A stretch of DNA of 64,000 nt. It comes from Tubiluchus corallicola (taxonomy: Eukaryota > Animalia > Priapulida). The DNA lies in contig JAQGDQ010001070.1 of NCBI GenBank assembly GCA_030141605.1, positions 1,475 through 65,474 of the forward strand, read 5' to 3'. Numbering within the stretch: position 1 is the stretch's first letter; the number at the start of each line of letters is the position of its first letter. A program made the translations under genes and the position numbers. Below are positions 14,069 through 26,672 of this stretch, one piece after another. The notes under the pieces were generated by a model that worked only from the letters and a program-made list of their open reading frames with translations, ran no database searches and had not been told where the DNA came from.

Positions 14069-17000
14069 ATGAGGTTAAGCACCAAAGGAACCATGAGGTT
14101 CCACTTGGATAATGATAAGGCATATAGAGCCTGTTGCTGCTGCCATGTTCGCACAGGAACGATTCTGCTCGGCGTTTGGCACATGGTAACCTTGTTTATC
14201 TGCCTTTAGTTGTCAAAAGCCATTTAGTTGCGTTTGGTTATTAGTAAATAATATTGTAGGCGTCACATAGTTTTAGCACAGTGTACTTTCCTTGTTTGGT
14301 TTGGCATAATTACCATAATTTTATCCCTGTCATGGCCTACGCTCTGTAACGGAATATGAGAGAATTTAGCACTCGTTCCATTCCATATCACATTAACAGT
14401 CTTGGTCTCCCGTCAAGGTTTCTTCTTTGCAATAGCTGCAGCAATTCCGTTGTGTTACACGCATTATTCATTTAGTGATATTTCAACTAATTTTCCACTT
14501 TTTTGCAGTACACGTACTTCCGGCAGTTTTGGATGTGCTGTAACAATTAGGCATAAAAGAAAATATCATCATTTTTGGTTGTGTTCCACTTTCATGCCTC
14601 GTAGTTTTTAAGCCAGTGTTTTACATCTGAGTCCGATTATTTGTTTCGTTAGACGAAAAGCAGTCTTTTGTTTCTAATGTAATATGTCTAGTAAAGCAAA
14701 GCAAAAATAAAATTATTAAAAAAGAAAACCTGCAAAAATTTTGGATGCATTACTAAATAAAACAGAAAATTGAAAGTTATAACTATCAGTGCAATAGTCT
14801 TCAAATTGCATCAAAGCTGTACTCCACTAGAAGTTTTCAAGTGGAGGGTCTCTTTTTATCGTGTTCTTTATTTGTTTTAACTTAATACAGTAGTCGCCGC
14901 TTAATAGACTCAATCGCTTAATTGACTCAAAAACGCCTGGAATGGGCCTCTTCAAATGTACATAAAAACTATCGGTAATCGACTCAAATAACTCCGCTTA
15001 ATTGACTCAATATTTTTCCGTCACGCACTTAAGTGAGACATTTGCATGTGCCTCAACAGCCTTTCCTACTTTTATGTCATATTTGCTTCCCTTTTGTGCA
15101 TTATATATGTAGAAACAATCATGTTAAGTACCGTTTTGTTCGTAAACAGGTACGTTTATCGTGCGCTAATAAGCTATTGTAGTGGTTTTGCTTTGAATCT
15201 GTTACCCGCTCGCCCACTGCAATTAACCTCGTTACCCAAAGAATTTCTGGAAGCTAAACATTTAATCACTTTCCTAGTGGTTTCCTTTTGTTTCTCTGGT
15301 TGCAAATCATCCTTTGTAAGCCAACTTCTTCACGAGAAAATGAAGCAGCCAACTTTTGCAAATAAGCAAACTTGCGTGATTTAGATAAGTATACTTTTTA
15401 ATTTATTATTGATCCACTTATATAAATTAATATTTTAAAATGTTTTTTTCTAATTTTTAACTGCACCAAGGAATTTCGGCATTCATTTCTAAAATTGATT
15501 AAAAGCCTTTGCAGCGCATAGTAAGCTGATGACTCATACTTCTATACCTGTAGTACCACGCCCATCGGTTAATAGGTTCATTCGGTTAATTGGGTCAAAA
15601 CATGTCGGTCCCAAAGTAGGTCTATTAAGTGGCGACTACTGTTTTGAAGCATAATAGTCTGTTTTATTTTCACATTAAATACAATATCCAATACAAAGTT
15701 TGTGGTTTGGTTGCTGTGTTGTAAATACAGTTTTATAAAAATTTGATTTTGTAGAAATAGTATGATATCTAGACTTCTAATTTAAACCTTTCTTTTCAGT
15801 TTGTGCACATGTTGGTATTGTCTGTGATCGGCGTTGTCTTGTTGCATCCAAACATCATGCAACAATATACCGAGCAACAGCTGACCGACGATCAACGTCT
15901 CGATTATGCTGAATCGCTAGTCCCGCCGTTCTCACGTATCAGCAACGAGACTCCTCGCATGGCCGACTCCTACAATATGATGCAGCATAGGATGATGCAG
16001 CCCTATCAGTACTACTTTCGTCAGTGGTCCACGCGTAAGTACACCCGTTTTGTAAATGTTTATATCCAGTTGAAGATAGGTTACGCTACAGTCTTACGGT
16101 GAAAAATTCTGATTTTGAAAGGACGTCACTGCAGTCACAGTCAGAATCATGTGCAATAGGTTTTGCTGATGGGCGAATTTTTGAAGAATTGAAATGATTT
16201 AAACAGGGTTCCCATTGACAGGAAAAGTCCTGTAAAATCTTTGAACGTGCAAACTATCATGGAAAAGTCAGGGAAAAATATAATTTGGTAAAAAGTCAGG
16301 GAAAATGATGAAAATGCAGCGAAAAGTCAGGGAAATTGAAAAGGATCGCAAAGCTAATCACTGTGAACCAATATTTTTGCAAACATATTTTTCAGTCATT
16401 CGTGTTCAAATAAAATATTGCAATGGCAGGCTCCCAGTTTCGATTTCTGTTCCAAAAATAATGATTGGCCAGCACATTATGTATCAGTATATGTATGAAT
16501 GTCCTTACACAAACATATATGAATATATATACTGGTAGTACAATTTCTGTTTATCTTGGTCATGGAATATCAATATTTGGTCAGGGAAATTTATTTTAAA
16601 TTTCTGTGGGAATTCTGTTTAAATTCTTCGTAGACATCGTGAGACGAGACAAAACGCAAAGTTACAAATTAAAGAACATGTGTTGATGCTACCTAGTTCA
16701 AAATTGTTCAGAAACTGCTGACACTGATAGTAAAAAGTTTACAATCAGCATGTGATCATGGAGCGCTCTGTAGAGTACGAATGATTCTAGGCTTACGATC
16801 ATCATGACTATAGCGTGACGTCAGTTCCGATCCTGGAATTGCGTTCTTTGATTGTAGCGAACGCTCTATTGTTTTGAAGTTTTGTAGAGTTTGAGATGCA
16901 AATGCTTTAATTTTTTTAGAAGCCTTTGTTGCTGTGTGCTTGTCTTTTGTATATATGGTCAATATGATATCAGAAAGAGATATTTGCCGTGATTGCAAGT

Positions 17001-20000
17001 GGTATTCAAAGTGGTATTGAAGCAGTCGTAGATGGCTTCGTACTTTTTTGGGTGTGTTGAAGTTTTTTTTTTTTTGGTTAACCTGTACAAGTGATTTCAT
17101 TTTACAGAGGATGTACATCTGGCTTTAGTACTGACTGGCTGTACGTTCTTTATCGTCACACTCTTGGTTTATGGAGCACTAAAGGTAGGCAGTATTATTC
17201 TTTGTGAAGAGCTGGATGGTTGATTTTGTTTCTAGTACTTACAGCACAAGAAAACACCCTTCATAAATGAAGCTTAAAAAATTCACCTGGAAATTTTATA
17301 GCATTTGCATGCTGTCTTATTGTATACAGAGCTTGCAGTAGCAGTAATGCTGTATTAAACTTGTAAATTTAAACCCTGTGATGACAGCAGCCATTTTTTA
17401 GATTTAGATTTTAGATTTATTTAGATTTATTTGAATTTGTTTATTCATCCATTTAAGACATACAAAAATAAAAGTTATAAAATTACTAATTAACAATGCA
17501 TTACAGTGCTATGAGCGCAGCAGAAGAAATTAACTTATGAGCTTCGCTCAACATGGATAAGAGTAAATTAATGACATAAACAACAACTGAAAACATACGT
17601 TAAATAAAGCGAAGCAAACAGATGCGAGAAAACGATAATGACCATGTTGATGATAATGATGACAACGATGGTGATATTAATACTGACGACAATGGTGAGC
17701 GTGATGACAATGATAATGAATTCATGCTAATAGTGATAATGTGCCAGGTTCGATGATGTAAACCAAGTTAGCCATTTTTGCAGTGTTACGAAAAATTTGT
17801 TAAAATGTTGACGGTGCATCGTTTGATTTAACCTTAATTTAACAGTAAGTCATTTGAAACAAGTTTAGATAACATTGTGAAAAGTTTCAAAAATTAATCA
17901 CAACATTTGCACCACACACTTCACCAGCTAAACATATAAGTATAAATTATTCCATCTTGTCAGTAAAATGAATGGCGTGTTTTTATGGTGAATCAGTGGT
18001 GCACAATGGGATGTTGATGCAGTGGTGCACACTGGGATGGTGAGTCAGTGGTGCACACTGGGATGGTGAATCAGTGGTGCACACTGGGATGTTGATGCAG
18101 TGGTGCACACTGGGATGTTGATGCAGTGGTGCACACTGGGATGTTGATGCAGTGGTGCACACTGGGATGTTGATGCAGTGCTGCACACTGGGATGGTGAA
18201 TCAGTGGTGCACACTGGGATGGTGATGCAGTGGTGCACACTGGGATGTTGATGCAGTGGTGCACACTGGGATGGTGAGTCAGTGGTGCACACTGGGATGG
18301 TGAATCAGTGGTGCACACTGGGATGCTGATGCAGTGGTGCACACTGGGATGTTGATGCAGTGGTGCACACTGGGATGTTGATGCAGTGGTGCACACTGGG
18401 ATGGTGAATCAGTGGTGCGCACTGGGATGTTGATGCAGTGGTGCACACTGGGATGTTGATGCAGTGGTGCACACTGGGATGGTGATGCACACTAGGATGG
18501 TGATGGAGTGATGCACACTAGGATGGTGATGCAGTGGTGCACACTGGGATGGTGAATCAGTGGTGCACACTGGGATGGTGAATCAGTGGTGCACACTAGG
18601 ATGGTGATGCAGTGGTGCACACTGGAATGGTGAAACAGTGACGTTTTACCAGTTGCTGCAAACATTTTAAATTATTAAGAATTTTTAATTTTCTTTACTA
18701 GTTACATAAGTCTTTCAAACTCATAAGCTTAATACTGAGTAATATAACTTTGAATGGAAAGTTTTTTTGGGGACACGCCTTAAAATTGCCTTTTCTTCCC
18801 CTCTAAGTAGACCGTCATTGAATACCGTGCGATGTGACAAACTGCGTAAGAAGAAAAAAAGAAAAACGAATGTGACTTAGAACAGGGTCATATGACATTA
18901 ATTAATTAATTAGCTAAATTAGTTTTGTAGTCTGGAAACATTGCCTAAGCAGTGAATGATAATACACCAGATTTCTTAACTTGTATCGTTTTGATAATGT
19001 TTGCTAATTTGGTATCTTTTTAGGGTCACCCTGGTTACCTGATGCCGTTTTTCTGTCTGCAAGTGTTTGATTTCTGTGTTACAATTCTCAGCATCGTTTG
19101 CTCGGCCAGCTACCTACCTTACATTAAGAAGCAGCTTTTAGACTGCGTACGTATTTAGATAGTATACATCTGTGTTATCACTTCTATAAACATGTGTGTA
19201 TGTGTGGTAAAAAGCAATACATGTGTGATATCACTTCTATAAACGTGTGTGTGTGTGTGTGTGTGGTAAAAAGCAATATATCTGTGTTATCACTTCTATA
19301 AACATGTGTGTGTGTATGTGGGCAAAAAGCACGCAACAATATTTATGCACAGTTAGGGTTGTAGTGATGTTGAATTGGTGACCAGCACAACTAACGTTTA
19401 AATGTATCTAATTTTAATGGGTATTCTTAGCATTAGAAACTATGGATTTGTCAGACGCAAAATTGTCCAGTTTTTAAGTGTTTGTATTTTTTGGAAATGT
19501 TCTGTGCACAGAAACTTCATCCCATTTCGTAGATCTTTCCAAGCCATACAACGCCCTCTATAGTTTTGTTTATATAATGATAATTTCCAGCTCTGTACAG
19601 TAATCTAAATTAGATCCAAAAATTCAAAATTACAAAAAACTGCACTTAAACGAAATATACAGCACCCAAGTTTGAAGATTTCCCTCACTTCTCTGCTGCT
19701 TTGAAACAACTAATACAAAAGCTAGATCGGAAGTGGTGCTGACAAGTCACTGGCGTAACAGTGTCTAGTGTTTTTGCTGGATTACTGCTGCGTTTTCCTG
19801 TCTGAAGGCAGATTTCTTTTATTTTAGAATTCTGCCTGTCCAATGTCTACAATAGACGTGACGGGCGTATGATGATGATGATGACGATGATGATAATTCA
19901 AAGCTCATTTGTAAAGCAATAGAAAATTGCAGCATGTATTATGCACAATTTGGTAGCCAATATACTTTCGTATTGTAAATTAAAAAATAACCTTTTTTGG

Positions 20001-20471
20001 ATAGAAAAGCAATCCACTCTACACACTGTACTCATATTCTTGCAGCACATGGAATTCTTTAGCTTTTCTTGTTTGTTTGGTGATTAAACAAAAAACCTGT
20101 CACATTATTTTAAAAGTTACCTAATTCTTTAGCTTTTCTTGTTTGTTTGGTGATTAAACAAAAAACCTGTCACACGATTTTAAAACTTACCTAATTCTTT
20201 AGGCTTTCTTGTTTGTTTGGTGATTAAACAAAAAACCTGTCACATGATTTTAAAACTTACCTAAGTCACCTGTAATGATATACAGTGTGTACAAGCTTTA
20301 CTAGAAGCACGTCTGCATTTGTTTACGTAGGATGTCTTGTACCTTCCTAATAGCTTTGTATCTCATATCATTTAAAACAAAGTGGTAAGGGGACGGCATG
20401 TACTATCCAGCAACTTTCAACTGTTGAAAATAATTTTATGTACACCATATAAACAGTAGGCTATATTATTA

Positions 20472-20517
<46 letters not shown>

Positions 20518-22489
20518 GCCACCCATTTTGGATCGCACTTCAAGATTTCAAATCGGAACCGATTTGCGAATGAATTTTCGAATTGTTACTAGAATTCTTA
20601 TGTGCGAACAACGTGCATATCACTCGGTTTTGTTCTGCAGTAAAAGCACTAATAATATGTTTAAAAATTGTGCACTAAAATTGCATTTAATTGCATGATG
20701 TTTTAAATGTTTTCGTGATAACGAACATATGCAGTTGAAGTGCTGAATTATTCGAATCTGCAATCATAGGTTTGAATGTAATTTGAATTAGGAAAAAACT
20801 AGTTTGAATTGAGTCAAACGTTCAATGTTCACTACTAGTATAGAAAGTGAAGTTTCTTAATGACCACCAAGTTAATTGGATGCGATAATGAAACTTGTAA
20901 TTGCAGTATTTACAGTCGCACGTGTTGCTAAATCTTTAGTTCCTAAAGCACGTACGTTTTACAGCCTGATTTTCCGTTTCGCGACCAACTGACTGAACTG
21001 GACGATCAATATTTCCTAATATTGGTAGTAATCTGCTGTGCGCTGATCATTACCATCAAGGCTTACCTGATCGGCATGGTGTGGTCCTGCTATCGCTACC
21101 TGGTACAGCGGAAGATGCTGCTGAAACAGAATGATGGAGTTATCCACTACGCTGATACTGATGAGGAGGTTGGTTGCGATTTTTACATGCTTTTGTTAGC
21201 CGTAGTAGTAATGCAATAGAAACCGACTTTTTACATTTACATGGGTAGCAAAAATCAGACTGTGTTTCTCTTTTCCTGGCATCCGGGTACCGGATTGGAT
21301 TATTCATGGATTACCTGCCATCTCCCTACTGGCTGTTAGCTTGGCACACTGCCAACTCAGCAATTACTAAGGTGCTTACAGCAGAACGTAGGATTTGAAT
21401 TTAAATTTTCTAACAATGGATGTGGCATTACAAATACTGCCTTTTTCAATGCTAAAACTGTGTAGAAATACTAGACTCGGCTAATAAACAATGTGAGTAA
21501 TTAGTTGGGTACCAGATACAACACCACATGTCTACTTTAGATATACGTTGAAAGATTTCAATATTTATGCTAGTGTTGATTTCAGTATGAAAAAGACGGC
21601 AATTTAATTTTACCACCCGACTTTTCTTAAAACGTGGTAGCCATTGTCATTTTCTTCTTCCTAGACTCGTCTTTGCGATCTGCTTTGCTGGATTACGAAT
21701 ATTCAGTATGTAGCAGGGTGAATTTTGTTATCTGAATAAATAGCAATACTTTGAATGTTTCACTGAATGGCGATAACCTTCCAGGATATGATAGCTGTAC
21801 GCGTGCTTTGTTTGTGCGCGTAGTGGGTCAAATTTGCCACGCCCTCTATTGCAAGCGCCTGCTTTGTGTACTTGTATCAATCAGCTGGGCTAAAGGGTGA
21901 GCACCCGGCCAATTAAAGGCCCACAGTTACTTTGATGGAAAAATTTAGCTAATGTTTACCAAGAAAAAAGTATGTTTGCTGACAAAATAAACATAAAAAA
22001 TAATTGTTTTTAGGCAATGCAGTGAATTATTTCATTTTGGTAATTTTTAAATAGGTATCTTTGCTCGAAAGGGGAGTAGAAACCATTTGTGTAGAGGGGT
22101 GGGCAGTATTGTATTGCTTCAGCATATTTTTTCTCTTGGTTTGGAAAAGGGGAGTAGAAACCATTTGTGTAGGGGGTGGGCAGTATTGTATTACTTCAGC
22201 ATATTTCTTCTCTTGGTTTGGAAAAGGGGAGTAGAAACCATTTGTGTAGGGGGTGGGCAGTATTGTATTACTTCAGCATATTTTTTCTCTTGGTTTGGAA
22301 AAGGGGAGTAGAAACCATTTGTGTAGAGGGGGTGGGCAGTATTGTTTCTCTTGGTTTGCCTTTTGTTGTTATGATAATTATAAAAGAAATACTTGTACTT
22401 TGTTTCAGGTACTTTTACCACCAAATTACGAAGAGGTCGTTGAAATGAAGAAGGGAGAGACTCCACCTCCAGCTTATACTGCATACTAA
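14069..22489 (+). CDS. LAPTM4A: Lysosomal-associated transmembrane protein 4 (LAPTM4A/B-like), 6 exons, about 278 aa
   Basis: Exons 14069-14185, 15800-16034, 17108-17184, 19024-19146, 20965-21168 and 22409-22489, all GT-AG and in frame. CCCCHVRTGTILLGVW, LMPFFCLQVFDF, KAYLIGMVWSCYRY, and C-terminal PPNY/PPAY motifs. Alternative ATG at 14093. Confidence 0.9.
14888..15641. mobile_element. pogo-type MITE in LAPTM4 intron 1
   Basis: cagtagtcgccgcttaataga ... tctattaagtggcgactactg inverted termini. Confidence 0.8.
16204..16617. mobile_element. hAT-like non-autonomous element
   Basis: cagggttccca ... tgggaattctg termini, repeated gtcagggaaa subterminal motifs; related ends at about 25247-25473. 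Confidence 0.55.
17399..17769 (-). mobile_element. Probable retro-element 3' fragment inserted into an older element
   Basis: (agattt)n tail at one end; agccattttt repeated at 17389-17398 and 17770-17779. Confidence 0.5.
17986..18641. repeat. 26-bp minisatellite, about 25 copies
   Basis: cagtggtgcacactgggatgttgatg; a single reverse-complement monomer occurs at about 37193-37219. Confidence 0.95.
19165..19330. repeat. ~55-bp tandem repeat with (TG)n, 3 copies
   Basis: atcacttctataaac...gtggtaaaaagc repeated. Confidence 0.8.
20053..20264. repeat. 70-bp tandem repeat, 3 copies
   Basis: aattctttagcttttcttgtttgtttggtgattaaac... at 20053, 20123 and 20193. Confidence 0.9.
22067..22345. repeat. 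77-78-bp tandem repeat, about 3.5 copies
   Basis: ggggagtagaaaccatttgtgtag at 22071, 22149, 22226 and 22303. Confidence 0.9.
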
Positions 22490-23799
22490 ATTTTCATTTC
22501 CCAGTTTACATGGCTTCGTCGAGAGATTTGGCTTCACTTTATACAAAATTTTCTACATTTACTAATTAACATGTAAATGTTTAATGTTTACTTATTTAGT
22601 GTGGATTAATTCATTTTTATTAAACTGGCTAATTTCTCTGCACGATTAAGCGAATTGTTGTTATTCAAGCGTTTGTGATTTCGTATAATAATACATTATT
22701 TACTGTAATTTTCATTGTTATATAATTGTTGATACTAATTGTCGTCTACTCTTAGAAATGGTATGTAAAAATTAGTTTTTGTTTTTGGACGATTAGCTTT
22801 CTTTTAAATACAACTGTGTAATGTGATAAAAGAAAATCATAAAGTAATTCATCTTCTGTGTCGTCTAAAGTGGTTATTAAGGTAGACTAACATATGAGTT
22901 ACTGTTTTGTAACAGAATGTCGACTATTTGCTGCTAATTCCGTTTTCTAAACCAACAGTTGCTACGCCCATTGTTAAAAGTTTGCTTATCCTTGTTTAGT
23001 TGTACTAAGCAAATCAGGGAAGCTGGAAAAGACTGCTCTTTTGTTAAATCATGGGTTGTACAATACACATTAGATTGATACAGCCATATTGAAAATTGTA
23101 TCGGTAACTGACTGAAACTGATTGTAATATGTCTACACAATAATATTTGACTATTCTAGTTAGCAGTATAATTCAGTTGCTTGAAATACAATTCTAAGTT
23201 TATCATTCTGGCATGAAACTACACACAGTTTACATACGTTACGCAGTTTTTGTTTAGGTACGCAATATGGCAATTAAATTTTTTTATTAAATCTTATCAA
23301 CATGATATTAAAAAGTTATAAAAATTTCAGTTTTTGGACAATATCCTATGTATAATCTTACATTTATATTTAAAATAGAAAATACATTTTTGTCTGTCAC
23401 ACAAAAAAGTCATAAAAAATTATCCTAATTGAATCTGTAAGTTAAGCAAGTAAACTTTGTGATACTTTATGATCCATCTCTTATACTCTAGTAAGTTTTG
23501 CACTATAGTTAATAACCCATCGATATCTTTTTCGAATAAATGGGAAAATTTGAGTTTTTCACATCTGACTTATAATAGCAGCAGTTGGCTTCCTAATTTT
23601 CAAGTACACACACTGTGCGAATCATTGATATTTGAATGTCTTGGAAAAGATTATTATGGTACAATAAATTTCTGACACCATAAAATGTTATAATCTGCGT
23701 ATAATTTTTTGTATAAGCTGGTTTTGTTGTCATTATATGAGCTGCACTTACAGAAATTTCTTCTGTATATTTGGTAAAAATGACATCATGCTGGCTAGC

Positions 23800-25170
23800 T
23801 TGACAGTCACCCACTTGACACGAGGACATGGGGTATGATGGCTTGACAGTCACCCGTTTGCCACGAGGACATGGGGGCATGATGGCTTGACAGTCACCCG
23901 TTTGACACGAGGACATGGGGTATGATGGCTTGACAGTCACCCGTTTGACCCGAGGACATGGGTATGATGGCTTGACAGTCACCCACTTGACACGAGGACA
24001 TGGGTATGATGGTTTGACAGTCACCCGTTTGACACGAGGACATGGGGTATGATGGCTTGACAGTCACCCGTTTGACACGAGGACATGGGGTATGATGGCT
24101 TGACAGTCACCCGTTTGACCCGAGGACATGGGTATGATGGCTTGACAGTCACCCACTTGACACGAGGACATGGGTATGATGGTTTGACAGTCACCCGTTT
24201 GACACGAGGACATGGGGTATGATGGCTTGACAGTCACCCACTTGACACGAGGACATGGGGTATGATGGTTTGACAGTCACCCGTTTGACACGAGGACATG
24301 GGGTATGATGGCTTGACAGTCACCCGTTTGACACGAGGACGTGGGGTATGATGGCTTGACAGTCACCCGTTTGACACGAGGACATGGGGTATGATGGCTT
24401 GACAGTCACCCGTTTGACACGAGGACATGGGGTATGATGGCTTGACAGTCACCCGTTTGACACGAGGACATGGGGTATGATGGCTTGACAGTCACCCACT
24501 TGACACGAGGACATGGGGTATGATGGCTTGACAGTCACCCACTTGACACGAGGACATGGGTATGATGGTTTGACAGTCACCCGTTTGACCCGAGGACATG
24601 GGGTATGATGGCTTGACAGTCACCCGTTTGACACGAGGACATGGGGTATGATGGCTTGACAGTCACCCGTTTGACACGAGGACATGGGGTATGATGGCTT
24701 GACAGTCACCCGTTTGACACGAGGACATGGGGTATGATGGCTTGACAGTCACCCGTTTGACACGAGGACATGGGGTATGATGGCTTGACAGTCACCCGTT
24801 TGACACGAGGACATGGGGTATGATGGCTTGACAGTCACCCGTTTGACACGAGGACATGGGGTATGATGGCTTGACAGTCACCCGTTTGACACGAGGACAT
24901 GGGGTATGATGGCTTGACAGTCACCCGTTTGACACGAGGACATGGGGTATGATGGCTTGACAGTCACCCGTTTGACACGAGGACACGGGGTATGATGGCT
25001 TGACAGTCACCCGTTTGACACGAGGACATGGGGTATGATGGCTTGACAGTCACCCGTTTGACACGAGGACATGGGGTATGATGGCTTGACAGTCACCCGT
25101 TTGACACGAGGACATGGGGTATGATGGCTTGACAGTCACCCGTTTGACACGAGGACATGGGGTATGATGG
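23800..25170. repeat. 43-bp minisatellite, about 32 copies
   Basis: ttgacagtcacccgtttgacacgaggacatggggtatgatggc. Confidence 0.95.
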
Positions 25171-26672
25171 TTCCGCAAAGCCAGCTTTTCGTATTCGGAG
25201 CTATAGAGTAAGAACCTCCCCTCAGGGATGACATAATAGTGGTTCTCTGGGTTCCCACGGAATTTTAAAATGAATTTCCCTGACCTTTCCCTTCCCATAA
25301 CCAAGAGAAGCAGAAATTGCATTACTGGTATTCATACACTGTTGTGAACGAATCGCTGAAAAAAAAGATTATTTTTGCAACTCTTTCCAATTTCCCTAAC
25401 TTTTTGCCATATTTTCCGGACTTTACGATGACTTTCCAGGATAGCCTGTATTTTCACTGACCGTAGGAACCCTTCTATTCAGGGGTATGTCAAGACATTA
25501 CTGTGACACCATAGGCTGATACAATCTCTATTATGGATTTTATATACGAAGGAAAATTACAAAATTACCTTAGGTATATAAGTAGCATTATTAATGTTAA
25601 TTACATGCATTGACACAGTACTTATATAGAGGAAGGCAGTGCAACTGCTTGTGGTGTAGTACCTTTTCCGTAATAACTGTACTTGTTTATTAAGTAACTG
25701 CTTGAAGCGTGTTATAAAATATGCCTTTTCCGAAAAGAATAAAAAAATTTAAAGCAAATATCTGGCATCTTGGGCTACAGCCTACTTAGTCTATTGGTAA
25801 ATACGCTTGTTTCAATTGTACAATTTCGAAGACAGGAATTTGACATGGATTGAGAGAATGGCAGTTGACATTAAGTTTAACTATTACTGAAAGATTATTA
25901 GATACTTTGTGCATCTAAAAATTAGTGATACACATGCACAGAACTGCACACACGTATGCATATTGGTTGAAATTGGGAAAGCAGGGAGCGACTGCAGTTC
26001 TGCTGAACGTATCAACAAGCCTCCAATATGGGTAGGTGATTGTTAATTAAGAAGTGATCAATTTCAAACAAAAATAACTAACCAAGTGCAACACGAGTTT
26101 AAAATTTATTATAAGCATAACGTTTAAATAAAAAAATATATCACAGTCTTTTGGACATGAACCCAAGTAAAAAATGATATGCAATGTACAATGGATCAGT
26201 TTGTGATATGATCATTGCCTCGTGACGAGAAACAGTCATTACAAAGAAGGCTAACAAAATAAGGAACATGTAATTTACTATCACAGTAAAAGACACACAA
26301 AAGGCACTAATGTTGCAAAAAAAAGATGAAAATAAACTTGGCAATGTTTAAATAAGTTAAATAATACTGCCATTTAAAAAAAAACTATGGACGTACAGCG
26401 TACTTAATCACATAAGTCGTCGGTACTCTAAACATACATTTTCTTTTAATGGTAGATATCAAAGAAACCGAACAGAAGAAAAATAAAAAAGACAGTTTGC
26501 AGAAGTTCGTTTTAGACCGTGAGCACCTAATAGCCGAATTGTCTAAGCAATCAGAGCCGATCTGTCAATCCACGTTTGTAATAGAGTCATCGATAGATAT
26601 TAATCAGACATTTGTCAACGATTTACCCTGTGTTTTTACAAAAATGAACCATTTTCTTGTAACTGCAAATAA

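Noticed and set aside
17983-18490. Cys/His-rich repetitive ORFs (also 34988-36473, 56098-56633, 61637-63997)
   Set aside because: Open frames through minisatellites on both strands and several frames, with no domain signal; most lie within introns of supported genes
23800-25170. CRISPR-like regular repeats
   Set aside because: Head-to-tail units without unique spacers, no cas genes, eukaryotic context
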